A DNA stretch of 63,924 bases, counting the filler, from Vicugna vicugna (taxonomy: Eukaryota): assembly GCA_013265495.1 (NCBI GenBank). It is 74 parts of 71 records of this genome, joined end to end, with 100 filler letters (N's around TTAATTAATTAA, not from the genome) between each part and the next. Parts side by side here need not be neighbours in the genome. Positions count along the whole stretch, not along the records: positions 11,653 to 12,898 come from MU062045.1; positions 12,999 to 13,548 come from MU062050.1; positions 13,649 to 14,508 come from PNXW01022122.1; positions 14,609 to 14,712 come from MU062054.1; positions 14,813 to 15,618 come from PNXW01022140.1; positions 15,719 to 16,116 come from MU062057.1; positions 16,217 to 16,411 come from MU062057.1; positions 16,512 to 16,998 come from MU062058.1; 66 more parts are not named here. One strand, 5' to 3'. Below the pieces are notes generated by a model, which saw only the letters and a list, made by a program, of their open reading frames with translations, did no database searches and was not told the origin of the DNA. Of this stretch, positions 11,653 to 23,666 are shown piece after piece (the stretch's first letter is position 1; each line of letters opens with the position of its first letter). The translations under genes and the position numbers were made by a program.

Positions 11653-12898
11653 TGAGCGTGGGGAGGTTTCACCAACGGTCGGCAGTGCTTGGGTTCTTAC
11701 GGAATGCGTAAGCTCGTCTCCACTGATGGTTTTCCTAATGTCTCTGTGCCAGGGAATGCTAGGGGTGATTGCAGGATATCCCAGTGACCGAGGCTGCCTC
11801 CCCATGGTCAGGGAAGTTATTTCCCGGACTTCCCCGAACAGGGAACANNNNNNNNNNNNNNNNNNNNNNNNNNNNNNNNNNNNNNNNNNNNNNNNNNNNN
11901 NNNNNNNNNNNNNNNNNNNNNNNNNNNNNNNNNNNNNNNNNNNNNNNNNNNNNNNNNNNNNNNNNNNNNNNNNNNNNNNNNNNNNNNNNNNNNNNNNNNN
12001 NNNNNNNNNNNNNNNNNNNNNNNNNNNNNNNNNNNNNNNNNNNNNNNNNNNNNNNNNNNNNNNNNNNNNNNCCGAACAGGGAACACCTGTGACTGAAGAG
12101 AGCTGCGTGGAGTTGTCTCTCGAGCTCCCCCACGCACTGAAAATGGTTCCGGAATCCTGAGCGTGGGGAGGTTCCACCAACGGTCGGCAACCCGTGTGTT
12201 CTAACGGAATGCCTAAGCTCGCCTCCCCTGAGGGTTTTCCTAATGTCTCTGTTCCAGGGAATGCTAGGGGTGATTGCAGGATATCCCAGTGACCGAGGCT
12301 GCCTCCCCAAGGTCAGGGAAAGTATTTCCCGGACTTCCCCGAACAGGGAACACCTGTGACTGAAGAGAGCTGTGTGGAGTTTTCTCTCGAGCTCCCCGAC
12401 ACTCTGACAATGGTTCCAGAATTCTGAGCGTGGGGAGATTCCACCATCGGTCGGCAGGGCGTGGGTTTTAACGGAATGCCTAAGCTCGTCTCACCTGAGT
12501 GTTTTCCTAATGTCTCTGTTCCAGGGAATGCTAGGGGTGATTGCAGAATATCCCAGTGACCGAGGCTGCCTCCCCATGGANNNNNNNNNNNNNNNNNNNN
12601 NNNNNNNNNNNNNNNNNNNNNNNNNNNNNNNNNNNNNNNNNNNNNNNNNNNNNNNNNNNNNNNNNNNNNNNNNNNNNNNNNNNNNNNNNNNNNNNNNNNN
12701 NNNNNNNNNNNNNNNNNNNNNNNNNNNNNNNNNNNNNNNNNNNNNNNNNNNNNNNNNNNNNNNNNNNNNNNNNNNNNNNNNNNNNNNNNNNNNNNNNNNN
12801 NNNNNNNNNNNNNNNNNNNNNNNGCCTCCCCAAGTTCAAGGAAGGAATTTCCGGGACTTCCCCAAACAGGGAACAACTGTGACTGTAGAGAGCTGCGT
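11653..12898 (+). repeat. Sat-A 267-bp satellite
   Basis: Consecutive monomers at ~12072 and ~12339. Confidence 0.97.
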
Positions 12899-12998
12899 NN
12901 NNNNNNNNNNNNNNNNNNNNNNNNNNNNNNNNNNNNNNNNNNTTAATTAATTAANNNNNNNNNNNNNNNNNNNNNNNNNNNNNNNNNNNNNNNNNNNN

Positions 12999-13548
12999 TA
13001 GAAATAGCAATTAAAAACCTCCCTACAAATAAAAGTCCAGGACCAGATGGCTTCACTGGGGAATTCTACCAAGCATACAAAGAAGAACTCATACCAGTCC
13101 TTCTCAAACTCTTCCAGACGATTGAAAAAGACGGAATACTCCCAAACTCATTCTATGAAGCCACCATCACCCGATACCAAAACCAGGCAAAGACACTGCC
13201 AAAAAAGAGAATTATAGGCCAATATCACTGATGAACATAGACGCCAAAATCCTCACCAAAATTTTAGCAAATAGAATCCNNNNNNNNNNNNNNNNNNNNN
13301 NNNNNNNNNNNNNNNNNNNNNNNNNNNNNNNNNNNNNNNNNNNNNNNNNNNNNNNNNNNNNNNNNNNNNNNNNNNNNNNNNNNNNNNNNNNNNNNNNNNN
13401 NNNNNNNNNNNNNNNNNNNNNTCTCACCAAAGTCAGAGGGAACATATCTCAACATAATAAAAGCTATTTATGACAAACCTATAGCCAGCATAGTTCTCAA
13501 CGGTGAAAAACTCAAAAGCTTCCCACTAAAATCTGGGACAAGACAAGA
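12999..13548 (+). mobile_element. LINE-1 ORF2 fragment (Z-domain/RT N-terminal region)
   Basis: Translates to [24 protein letters not shown]...[24 protein letters not shown] and [16 protein letters not shown]; frameshift near 13171. Confidence 0.97.
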
Positions 13549-14124
13549 NNNNNNNNNNNNNNNNNNNNNNNNNNNNNNNNNNNNNNNNNNNNTTAATTAA
13601 TTAANNNNNNNNNNNNNNNNNNNNNNNNNNNNNNNNNNNNNNNNNNNNAAAATGAGGGCCTTTTCTTTGATCAGGTTTTTCCATTTGACCCATATGCTCG
13701 TTATATACCAGCTGTATCAGGCATCTCACTAGGCATTAGGGATCCTTGGGGCAATGAGACAGTCCTGGCTCCCAAGGAAGTTAAGGGCTGATGGAAGAAA
13801 CCAACACAGGAGCTTGGGTGCCTCAAATAAGGTCCCTGCTGGATGACACCATTTGGACAAAATTTTGCACAATACAGTAGGATTCATAGAAGGGACTGGT
13901 CAGACTTGTAGGGCAGGCCATGAGAGAGGCGGTCAGCAGGGCTATAAGAGGTGGAATCATTTGATAAGAATCTGAAATCCTTACTGCCAATCTTTCTACC
14001 AAGCCCCCAGGGCCCATCACACACAACCCTGTGCTGTAACTGTTTTTGATTCCAGTTACCACATCTCCTTCAGAAAGGATTTTAAGGTGGAAAATATTTA
14101 AAATCCGTAATTGTTGTCAGAAGG

Positions 14125-14345
14125 GACATAGAACAAGGAACATGTAAACAACACAAATGTCCATCAGCACATGACTGGATAAAGAGGAGCTGATACAAAT
14201 ATACAATGGAATACTATTCAGCCATAAAAAATTCCATTTGCAGCAACATGGATGGTCCTGAAGACCGTCATTCTAAGTGAACTGGGGTGGAAAGAGAAAG
14301 AAAAATGCCACATGAGTTCATTTATGGGGAATCTACAATTAATAG
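14125..14345 (+). mobile_element. LINE-1 ORF2 end/3' fragment
   Basis: aaatgtccatca...atacaatggaatactattcagccataaaa...ccatttgcagcaacatggatg. Confidence 0.88.
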
Positions 14346-14608
14346 CAACAATAACAAGACATACAATTAATAGCAACAATAACAAGACCAAAAATGAACT
14401 AAATATTTTGATTTCTTGAATATATTTAAGCACATCTGACTGTCCTTTGTGATTGGATTACACTATTCTGTTTATTATTCTTTTGTAAATGTCCTTATTC
14501 CTGGTAACNNNNNNNNNNNNNNNNNNNNNNNNNNNNNNNNNNNNNNNNNNNNTTAATTAATTAANNNNNNNNNNNNNNNNNNNNNNNNNNNNNNNNNNNN
14601 NNNNNNNN

Positions 14609-14712
14609 GCAGTGGTGATGATGATGGTAATGACAGCAGTGGTGATGATGATGATGAGAGCAGTGGTGATGATGATGGTGATGATGACAGCAGTGGTGAT
14701 GATGATGGTGAT
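14609..14712 (+). repeat. Compound trinucleotide repeat (GAT/GGT/CAG), ~21-30-bp super-unit
   Basis: gcagtggtgatgatgatg repeated four times. Confidence 0.9.
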
Positions 14713-14812
14713 NNNNNNNNNNNNNNNNNNNNNNNNNNNNNNNNNNNNNNNNNNNNTTAATTAATTAANNNNNNNNNNNNNNNNNNNNNNNNNNNNNNNN
14801 NNNNNNNNNNNN

Positions 14813-15618
14813 AAATAAATATATAAAGTGCATAGGTAACTTGTTTGGTGTTTGAAATTTCACTCAGACGCATGTTCACAACTCAGAAATTCAAGTTGGA
14901 AGAATCCGTGATGCATGAATCATGTTCGTAATACGGAATGCCATGGTTAGGTAAACAATGTAAATTACATGTGTATTGGTGAGAATTCGCTCAAAGAGTC
15001 TTTTCTGGTGCCAGATATCTGATTTTAGAACCTGGTGATAGAAAAATCTATGAAGTCAGAGTAAATAATTCTAAGTGTATATACGCAATGTTTGATGGAT
15101 GAAAGGTCAGTAGTCTACATGCTCACAAGTCAGAAATTCATGATTGCCGAATCCGTCATGCATGTAGCATACATGTAGCATGTACGGAACCCGGAATGCC
15201 ATGTTGTTGGAATTCATGTAAATTACACATCTGTTAGGTGGATATCGCTCCAGAAAAATTTTCTGTGAAAAATGCATGAATTCGAGCTTGGTGTTATGGG
15301 AAGATTGTGAAATCGTGTACACATGTCTAGATGAAAATATTCCATTTATAGAGGATGAAAGATTAGTAATCCAGATGCCCTCAACTCAGGAAGGCATGTT
15401 TGTCGAATCCGTCATTTATGTAGCATGTACGGAACACGGAATATTATTTAGATGTAATCTATTCAAATTACATATCTCTAGGTTAGTATTCGCTCCAAGA
15501 GGGTTTTTTTGGGATCAAATTGTGATTCTTGAAACTGGTGATAGTTAGAAGCTACGAAGTCAAAGTAAATATTTCAAGTGCATTGGTAACACTTTTGGTG
15601 GTTGAAACATCAGTCATG
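14813..15618 (-). repeat. Sat-C, reverse orientation, slightly more than one trimer
   Basis: TAAATA...AAGTGCAT.GGTAAC..TTTGGTG at ~14816 and ~15566 (period ~750). Confidence 0.93.
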
Positions 15619-15718
15619 NNNNNNNNNNNNNNNNNNNNNNNNNNNNNNNNNNNNNNNNNNNNTTAATTAATTAANNNNNNNNNNNNNNNNNNNNNNNNNN
15701 NNNNNNNNNNNNNNNNNN

Positions 15719-16116
15719 ATCCATTAACATGTCTTCACTGATGGCTAGCCTAGGCGTGAGTGCTGGGGAATGTGAGGTTTGGGCTCTGAAATCAAGTATT
15801 TTAGAGTGCCTCTCCACGGGATTTGAAGTGGTTTAACCTACAACCAAATATTTGGGTATACCTGTGCCCCCTGAAAGATGCAAGGACACTGTTTCCCCGC
15901 CTTCAGCACACACCCTAGGTGGTGTTCTGGTATCCTGAGTGTGGGGAGGCTCCTGCAAGTGACAGTAGCACCTGGGATCCAATTGGACAATTGGATCGGT
16001 TGATATTCCTGAGTATTTTCCTTGGCCGGGTTGTGAGCGAAATTGGGGGTTGTGCTCTAAAACCAAGTATTAGCGAGTTCCTATATTTTGGCAGTAGAGG
16101 TGGTTAAGTTAAAGTA
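15719..16116 (+). repeat. Sat-B
   Basis: TATCCTGAGTGTGGGGAGGCTCC...TGACAGTAGCACCTGGG and AAACCAAGTATTAGCGAG motifs. Confidence 0.87.
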
Positions 16117-16216
16117 NNNNNNNNNNNNNNNNNNNNNNNNNNNNNNNNNNNNNNNNNNNNTTAATTAATTAANNNNNNNNNNNNNNNNNNNNNNNNNNNN
16201 NNNNNNNNNNNNNNNN

Positions 16217-16411
16217 ACTTTGGAAAACCTGTGCCCCCATAAAGATGCGTGGAATATCTTTTCCAACTCCAGAACACACACGAAGACTTTCAGATATCCT
16301 TAGTGTGGGGGGGCTCCTCAAAATGACAGCATCGTCTGGGTTCTAATAGAATCCCTTAGCATGTAGCACGAGTGTTTCCCTGGTCCGGGATGTGAGGGAA
16401 AGCTGGGGGTT
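16217..16411 (+). repeat. Sat-B
   Basis: Close match to 738-883 (ctccagaacacacacgaagactttcaga). Confidence 0.9.
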
Positions 16412-16511
16412 NNNNNNNNNNNNNNNNNNNNNNNNNNNNNNNNNNNNNNNNNNNNTTAATTAATTAANNNNNNNNNNNNNNNNNNNNNNNNNNNNNNNNN
16501 NNNNNNNNNNN

Positions 16512-16998
16512 GCTCACTGCTAGGCCTAGGAAAACACTTAGTGAAGTCAAGCTAAGTGATTCTATTACAACCCAGGTGCTGCTGTAAGTTGGAGGAACCT
16601 CCCCACACTCAGAACACCAGAAAACTTCTTCGTTTGTGTGCTGGTTGTAGGGAAACAGAGTCAAAGCATCTTTCAGGGGGCACAGTTATTTCATGGTGGT
16701 GGTTTGTAGGTTAAACACCCACATCCCATGTATAGGCTCTCGCTAATACTTGGTTTAGAGCCCATTCCCAACTTTCCCCCNNNNNNNNNNNNNNNNNNNN
16801 NNNNNNNGCCATGGCAACATGGAAGACCAGTTAAGGTATTGTATTACAACCCAGGCGCTGCTGTTAGTTGTAGGAACCTCCCCACACTGAAGACTTCTGA
16901 ACCCAAAGTCGTGTGTGTGCTGCAGGAGTGAAACAGGGTCCACGCATTTTTATAGGGCACAGGTGTTCCCAGGTTGGGGATATACTTTAACCACCTCC
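16512..16998 (-). repeat. Sat-B, reverse orientation
   Basis: Reverse complement of 16512-16700 matches ~480-660 (cagcacacaaacga.gaagt). Confidence 0.87.
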
Positions 16999-17098
16999 NN
17001 NNNNNNNNNNNNNNNNNNNNNNNNNNNNNNNNNNNNNNNNNNTTAATTAATTAANNNNNNNNNNNNNNNNNNNNNNNNNNNNNNNNNNNNNNNNNNNN

Positions 17099-17911
17099 GG
17101 AGAGTTGTGCCCAGCTTTATTATTCTTCCTCAGGATTGATTTGGCAATTCTGGGTCCTTTGTGATTCCATATAAATTTCAGGATTATTCTAGTTCTGTGA
17201 AAAATGTCCTAGGGAATTTGATAGGAATTGCATTAAATCTGTAGATTGCTTTGGGTAGTATGGCCATTTTACAATCCAGGAGCATGGAATACCTTTCCAT
17301 ATCTTTAAATGATCTTTATTTCCTTTGTCAATGTTTTAAATAGTTGACAGTGTATAAGTTTTCTCTGTTGCGGTCAAGTTTATTCCTAAGAATTTTTTTT
17401 TGATGCCATTTTAAAAGGGATAACTTTTTTACTTTCCTTTCTGATATTTCATTGTTAGTGGAAAGGCATGCAACAGATTTATGTATATTAATCTTGTATT
17501 CTGCTACCTTGCTGAATTTGTTCATCAGTTCTAGTAGTTTTTATGTAGTCTTTAGAGTTTTCTATATAGAGTATCATGTCATCTGCAGATAGTGATAGTT
17601 TTACCTCTTCTCTTTCAATTTAGATACATTGTATTTATTTTTCTTGTCTGATTGCTATAGCTAGGACTTCCGATACTATGCTGAACAGTAGTGGTGAGAG
17701 TGAACATCCTTATCTTGTTCCAGATTTTAGCGGGAGCGCTTTCACCTTTTCACTGTTGAGTTTTATGTTGGCTGTGGGTTTGTCATAAATAGCTTTTATT
17801 ATGTTGAGATATGCTCCCTCTATACTGATTTTGGTGAGAGGGTTTTTTTTTAAATAGGGATGGACGTTGAAATGTTACCAGGTCCTTTTTCTGCATCTAT
17901 CGAGATGATCA
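17099..17911 (-). mobile_element. LINE-1 ORF2 RT-region fragment
   Basis: Minus-strand ORF NKFSKVAEYKINIHKSVACL; ...CAGATGACATGATA (ADDM motif); decayed. Confidence 0.95.
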
Positions 17912-18011
17912 NNNNNNNNNNNNNNNNNNNNNNNNNNNNNNNNNNNNNNNNNNNNTTAATTAATTAANNNNNNNNNNNNNNNNNNNNNNNNNNNNNNNNN
18001 NNNNNNNNNNN

Positions 18012-19141
18012 TGTTTGCCAGGGAATGCTAGGGGTGATTACAGGATATCCCAGAGTTCGAGGCTGCCTCCAGAAGATCACGGAAGGAATTTCTCGGACTT
18101 CCCCGAACAGGGAACCCCTGTGACTGAAGAGAACTGCGTGCAGTTGTCTCTCGAAATCCCCAACGCACTGAAAATGTTTCCGGAATCCTGAGCTTGGGGA
18201 GGTTCCACCAACGGTCGGCAGCGCGTGGGTTCTAACGGAATGCCTAAGCTCGTCTCCCCTGAGGGATTTCCTAATGTCTGTTTGCCAGGGAATGCTAGGG
18301 GTGATTACAGGATATCCCAGAGTTCGAGGCTGCCTCCAGAAGATCACGGAAGGAATTTCTCGGACTTCCCCGAACAGGGAACCCCTGTGACTGAAGAGAA
18401 CTGCGTGCAGTTGTCTCTCGAAATACCCAACGCACTGACAATGTTTCCGGAATCCTGAGCTTGGGGAGGTTCCACCAACGGTCGGCAGCGCGTGGGTTCT
18501 AACGGAATGCCTATGCTCACCTCCCCTGAGTGTTTTCCTAATGTCTCTGTGCCAGGGNNNNNNNNNNNNNNNNNNNNNNNNNNNNNNNNNNNNNNNNNNN
18601 NNNNNNNNNNNNNNNNNNNNNNNNNNNNNNNNNNNNNNNNNNNNNNNNNNNNNNNNNNNNNNNNNNNNNNNNNNNNNNNNNNNNNNNNNNNNNNNNNNNN
18701 NNNNNNNNNNNNNNNNNNNNNNNNNNNNNNNNNNNNNNNNNNNNNNNNNNNNNNNNNNNNNNNNNNNNNNNNNNNNNNNNNNNNNNNNNNNNNNNNNNNN
18801 NNNNNNNNNNNNNNNNNNNNNNNNNNNNNNNNNNNNNNNNNNNNNNNNNNNNNNNNNNNNNNNNNNNNNNNNNNNNNNNNNNNNNNNNNNNNNNNNNNNN
18901 NNNNNNNNNNNNNNNNNNNNNNNNNNNNNNNNNNNNNNNNNNNNNNNNNNNNNNNNNNNNNNNNNNNNNNNNNNNNNNNNNNNNNNNNNNNNNNNNNNNN
19001 NNNNNNNNNNNNNNNNNNNNNNNNNNNNNNNNNNNNNNNNNNNNNNNNNNNNNNNNNNNNNNNNNNNNNNNNNNNNNNNNNNNNNNNNNATTCAGAATAT
19101 CCCAGTGACAGAGGCTGCCTCCCCAACTTCAGGGAAGATAT
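18012..19141 (+). repeat. Sat-A 267-bp satellite (variant subfamily)
   Basis: Near-identical adjacent monomers 18012-18278 and 18279-18545. Confidence 0.97.
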
Positions 19142-19500
19142 NNNNNNNNNNNNNNNNNNNNNNNNNNNNNNNNNNNNNNNNNNNNTTAATTAATTAANNN
19201 NNNNNNNNNNNNNNNNNNNNNNNNNNNNNNNNNNNNNNNNNGTGGCTACTCTATTGGACAGCAACTCCAGGGGTCCCACCAGGGGTTCTGGCTGAAAAGG
19301 GCGAGTAAGTGTCCACACTAACCCTAAAAGGATCTCTCTGAAACAAAGGCGGATTCACTTTTAAACGTCTGAAAACTGGCGGGCTGCACCTCGTTCCCGC
19401 CTTGGCTACAAGACAGCCCTCCTCCTTGCTGATCCCATTCTGGATGTAGGGAAGCAATCTTTCACACAGCCAGGGTGGCCCGGCCTTCAGGTTGACTTGT

Positions 19501-20051
19501 CTGCTGTCTGTGTTCAGTCCCACGAAGTCCTCCTACTCAAATAGGATGTAGAGGAGGGGGGTCTTCTCCTCAGAATTTTCGGGGGCCCCATCCAGCCACT
19601 TGGACTAGGGCAAGATGAAGAGTGACTCAGTGAAGTCCTCGATCCTCTTCTCCACCACACTGCAGACCTCGTAGATTGAAGGCCACATTGGTGCGCGGCT
19701 TCTCGGCCACCTCCCCATACAGCACAAAGACAAAGAGCTGAGAGTCGTAGAGCGTGGTGCCATACAGCTCCTCTGTGCGTGGAGCTTCTAGAAGGTCTTG
19801 GCCAAGAGGCAGTCAGTAATGGTGACAAGGCCCATGACATTGCGGTGGGTCTGGAAGTCACTCCATCCATTCTCGGGCGCATAGAAGTAGATACAGGGTG
19901 CCCACTGGGAGCCGCACGGGCTGATCTGGCTCACCAAGGAGATTCCATTATAGATGCAAAAGAAATTCTCTAAGATGATCCCCACAGGTTGGACCACAAA
20001 GGGGAGAGTCTGGTGGTCCTCAGCACACTGCACGTAGTCAGGGGCACTCAT
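19501..20051 (-). pseudogene. TRAPPC9: Disabled copy of the TRAPPC9 (NIBP/Trs120) first coding exon
   Basis: [27 protein letters not shown]...W.DFQTHR.V.GL.TITDC, then in other frames LYGTTLYDSQLFVF, VEKRIEDFTESLFI, DFVGLNTDSR; matches the TRAPPC9 N-terminus ([24 protein letters not shown]) as I recall it; several TAG stops, deletions and frameshifts. Confidence 0.93.
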
Positions 20052-20192
20052 GTTGCAGGCCCTGCTGAGAAGGGAGGGTAAATCGATGTACANNNNNNNN
20101 NNNNNNNNNNNNNNNNNNNNNNNNNNNNNNNNNNNNTTAATTAATTAANNNNNNNNNNNNNNNNNNNNNNNNNNNNNNNNNNNNNNNNNNNN

Positions 20193-20899
20193 GAAGAGAA
20201 AGCCTAAAGACGAGCCAAATAATGTCAGAAAACTCAGAGGATGAGATACAATCAGGGCTAAAGTTCAGTCCTAAGCAGACTAGATAATGCAGAGGGACGG
20301 GTGAATGACTGTGAAGTCAGGGGAACAGAAATCCCTCGGTCAGGAGCAGACAAAGGAAAGCAAGTGCAAACCAATGAAAACATTGCTGTTGAATCCTGGG
20401 GTAAGAAAAGACATGAAAGACTAGGTTTCATAAGAGTCCCAGATGGAAAAGCAAGAGATAAAGGGAAAAAAAATGTCTGAAACATTACCTGTAGGAAACT
20501 CAGACTGAAACTTGCTGAAAGCCAAGACAGAATCATCTATGCGAATTCAGGAAGTACACAGCGTCCAAAGGAGGTGGAATCCCAATAGACCTACCAGCAG
20601 CTGTAGGATTCAAATCAACAAAGTTCATGAGCATCCCAGTGATTTAAAATGCGCCTGGAGGAAAGCAACGTAGTCACAAGAGAACCTCCAGAGGGGTTTC
20701 AGCTGATATCTCGGCAGCAATATTGCAGGACAGGGAGGAGTGCCACGACATAGACCATATCCTGAATGGCAAAATGCTGCCATCTAGGGTAGCCTATGCC
20801 ACATGAACACAATTTCTAATAACGGCAGAGAGATTCCACAGACCGGCCAATCTTAAAGAATTCAGCAGTTCGAAACTTATCCTACAAGAAAGGTTGAGA
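20193..20899 (+). mobile_element. Decayed LINE-1 ORF1 fragment
   Basis: agactagataatgcagag...agagtcccaga...tcagctgatatctcggcagcaatattgcaggacaggga, L1 ORF1p coiled-coil/RRM/CTD-like (SAD.S...LQ.R.E). Confidence 0.8.
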
Positions 20900-20999
20900 N
20901 NNNNNNNNNNNNNNNNNNNNNNNNNNNNNNNNNNNNNNNNNNNTTAATTAATTAANNNNNNNNNNNNNNNNNNNNNNNNNNNNNNNNNNNNNNNNNNNN

Positions 21000-21062
21000 A
21001 ATGATTCCAGAATTCTGAGAGTTGGGAGGATCCACCAACGGTCGGGAGTGCGTGGGTTCTTA
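21000..21062 (+). repeat. Partial Sat-A monomer
   Basis: ccagaattctgagagttgggaggatccaccaacggtcgggagtgcgtgggttct. Confidence 0.88.
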
Positions 21063-21084
21063 CTTGCGGGGGGCCACTCATGAC

Positions 21085-21198
21085 CTGAGGGCTGCCGAGC
21101 ACAGAAACTGGGCCTAAACTCCCAGAGTGCGGGGCGCCAGGCTCTGAGGTTGGGACTGCCGAGCACAGAAACTGGGCCTAAACTCCCAGAGTGCGGGG
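21085..21198 (+). repeat. 64-bp GC-rich tandem repeat abutting Sat-A
   Basis: ctgccgagcacagaaactgggcctaaactcccagagtgcgggg at 21092 and 21156. Confidence 0.85.
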
Positions 21199-22172
21199 NN
21201 NNNNNNNNNNNNNNNNNNNNNNNNNNNNNNNNNNNNNNNNNNNNNNNNNNNNNNNNNNNNNNNNNNNNNNNNNNNNNNNNNNNNNNNNNNNNNNNNNNNN
21301 NNNNNNNNNNNNNNNNNNNNNNNNNNNNNNNNNNNNNNNNNNNNNNNNNNNNNNNNNNNNNNNNNNNNNNNNNNNNNNNNNNNNNNNNNNNNNNNNNNNN
21401 NNNNNNNNNNNNNNNNNNNNNNNNNNNNNNNNNNNNNNNNNNNNNNNNNNNNNNNNNNNNNNNNNNNNNNNNNNNNNNNNNNNNNNNNNNNNNNNNNNNN
21501 NNNNNNNNNNNNNNNNNNNNNNNNNNNNNNNNNNNNNNNNNNNNNNNNNNNNNNNNNNNNNNNNNNNNNNNNNNNNNNNNNNNNNNNNNNNNNNNNNNNN
21601 NNNNNNNNNNNNNNNNNNNNNNNNNNNNNNNNNNNNNNNNNNNNNNNNNNNNNNNNNNNNNNNNNNNNNNNNNNNNNNNNNNNNNNNNNNNNNNNNNNNN
21701 NNNNNNNNNNNNNNNNNNNNNNNNNNNNNNNNNNNNNNNNNNNNNNNNNNNNNNNNNNNNNNNNNNNNNNNNNNNNNNNNNNNNNNNNNNNNNNNNNNNN
21801 NNNNNNNNNNNNNNNNNNNNNNNNNNNNNNNNNNNNNNNNNNNNNNNNNNNNNNNNNNNNNNNNNNNNNNNNNNNNNNNNNNNNNNNNNNNNNNNNNNNN
21901 NNNNNNNNNNNNNNNNNNNNNNNNNNNNNNNNNNNNNNNNNNNNNNNNNNNNNNNNNNNNNNNNNNNNNNNNNNNNNNNNNNNNNNNNNNNNNNNNNNNN
22001 NNNNNNNNNNNNNNNNNNNNNNNNNNNNNNNNNNNNNNNNNNNNNNNNNNNNNNNNNNNNNNNNNNNNNNNNNNNNNNNNNNNNNNNNNNNNNNNNNNNN
22101 NNNNNNNNNNNNNNNNNNNNNNNNNNNNNNNNNNNNNNNNNNNNNNNNNNNNNNNNNNNNNNNNNNNNNNNN

Positions 22173-22455
22173 GTGCCAGGGAATGCTAGGGGTGATTGCA
22201 GGATATCCCAGTGTCAGAGGCTGCCTCCCCAAGGTCAGGGAAGGTTTTTCCCGGACTTCCCCGAACAGGGAACACCTGTGACTGAAGAGAGATACGTGGA
22301 GTTGTCTCTCGTGCTCCTCCACACACTGACAATATTCCCGGAATCCTGAGCGTGGGAAGGTTCCACCAACGGTCGGCAGAGCGTGGCTTCTAACGGAATG
22401 CCTTAGCTCATCTCACCTGAGGGTTTTCCTAATGTCTCTGGGCCAGGGAATGCTA
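22173..22455 (+). repeat. Sat-A monomer
   Basis: One full 267-bp unit, gccagggaatgcta to gccagggaatgcta. Confidence 0.96.
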
Positions 22456-23666
22456 NNNNNNNNNNNNNNNNNNNNNNNNNNNNNNNNNNNNNNNNNNNNT
22501 TAATTAATTAANNNNNNNNNNNNNNNNNNNNNNNNNNNNNNNNNNNNNNNNNNNNGCAGATAATGATGGGATGCCCCACAGGCCCGTGGCCAATCAGGCT
22601 TGAGGGAAAAGGACGATGCAGAGGTCCCTGGGGAAAGAGAGCCGCAGGCTCCCAGGAGCAGTGTGAGGACCCAGTGTCAATGCAGAGGAAGGTCTAGTCA
22701 GCCCCCTGTGGATCCGTAGCTCCTGGGACCTCCTCAGCCTCCTTCTCAGGACCCCTCTCTGTAGAGCAGTGCAGACATGAATAAGACTACAGTGGTCTGA
22801 GGTCATTTCCAAACAAAANNNNNNNNNNNNNNNNNNNNNNNNNNNNNNNNNNNNNNNNNNNNNNNNNNNNNNNNNNNNNNNNNNNNNNNNNNNNNNNNNN
22901 NNNNNNNNNNNNNNNNNNNNNNNNNNNNNNNNNNNNNNNNNNNNNNNNNNNNNNNNNNNNNNNNNNNNNNNNNNNNNNNNNNNNNNNNNNNNNNNNNNNN
23001 NNNNNNNNNNNNNNNNNNNNNNNNNNNNNNNNNNNNNNNNNNNNNNNNNNNNNNNNNNCTTTTTTTCACCTGTGAGGGGCGAACCAGCCCCAGAGTCAAG
23101 GCTGGCCTCCCAGACACCCCAAGGTCAGGCCTGGGCAGGGACAGCTTCCCAGCAGACACTGGGCCTCCACTAGAGGCCGCTTCCTCAACTTGGCAGCTGG
23201 TGGAGAAGCTGGGCTGAGGCCAACTCTCTGAGGGGAGGGAGCCTGGGGAGCCCCCTGACCTCCAGGGCAGACAAATCTCAAGGGCCCTGGGGCAGAGCTC
23301 TGGGACATCCCCCAGGGCCACAGGCTGGACTGAGAGGCCAAGAGGAAGGCCAGGCTGGGGAGCTGCCCCTTGTCCTCACTGGACCCATTCCCTGGCCCTG
23401 GGTCCTCCCTAATAGGAGTCGTCTCTCTGAGAACTGAGGCATCACTGGGTCCCAGGCTCCGTGCAGTGCACTTTTGACCCCAGGGAGGAGAGGGGCTGTC
23501 CAGCCCGGCAGGAAGGCAAATCCTGATGTCCTGGATAGAGAATAAAGTGTTTGGTCCTGAACAGGCNNNNNNNNNNNNNNNNNNNNNNNNNNNNNNNNNN
23601 NNNNNNNNNNTTAATTAATTAANNNNNNNNNNNNNNNNNNNNNNNNNNNNNNNNNNNNNNNNNNNN

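Noticed and set aside
19788..20051. 87-aa ORF as a functional TRAPPC9 CDS
   Set aside because: It has a premature TAG, deletions relative to the conserved protein, and further stops and frameshifts downstream.
19242..20899. Apparent linkage of the TRAPPC9 pseudo-exon with L1 ORF1 and Sat-A
   Set aside because: They are separated by artificial linkers, so the neighbourhood is not biological.
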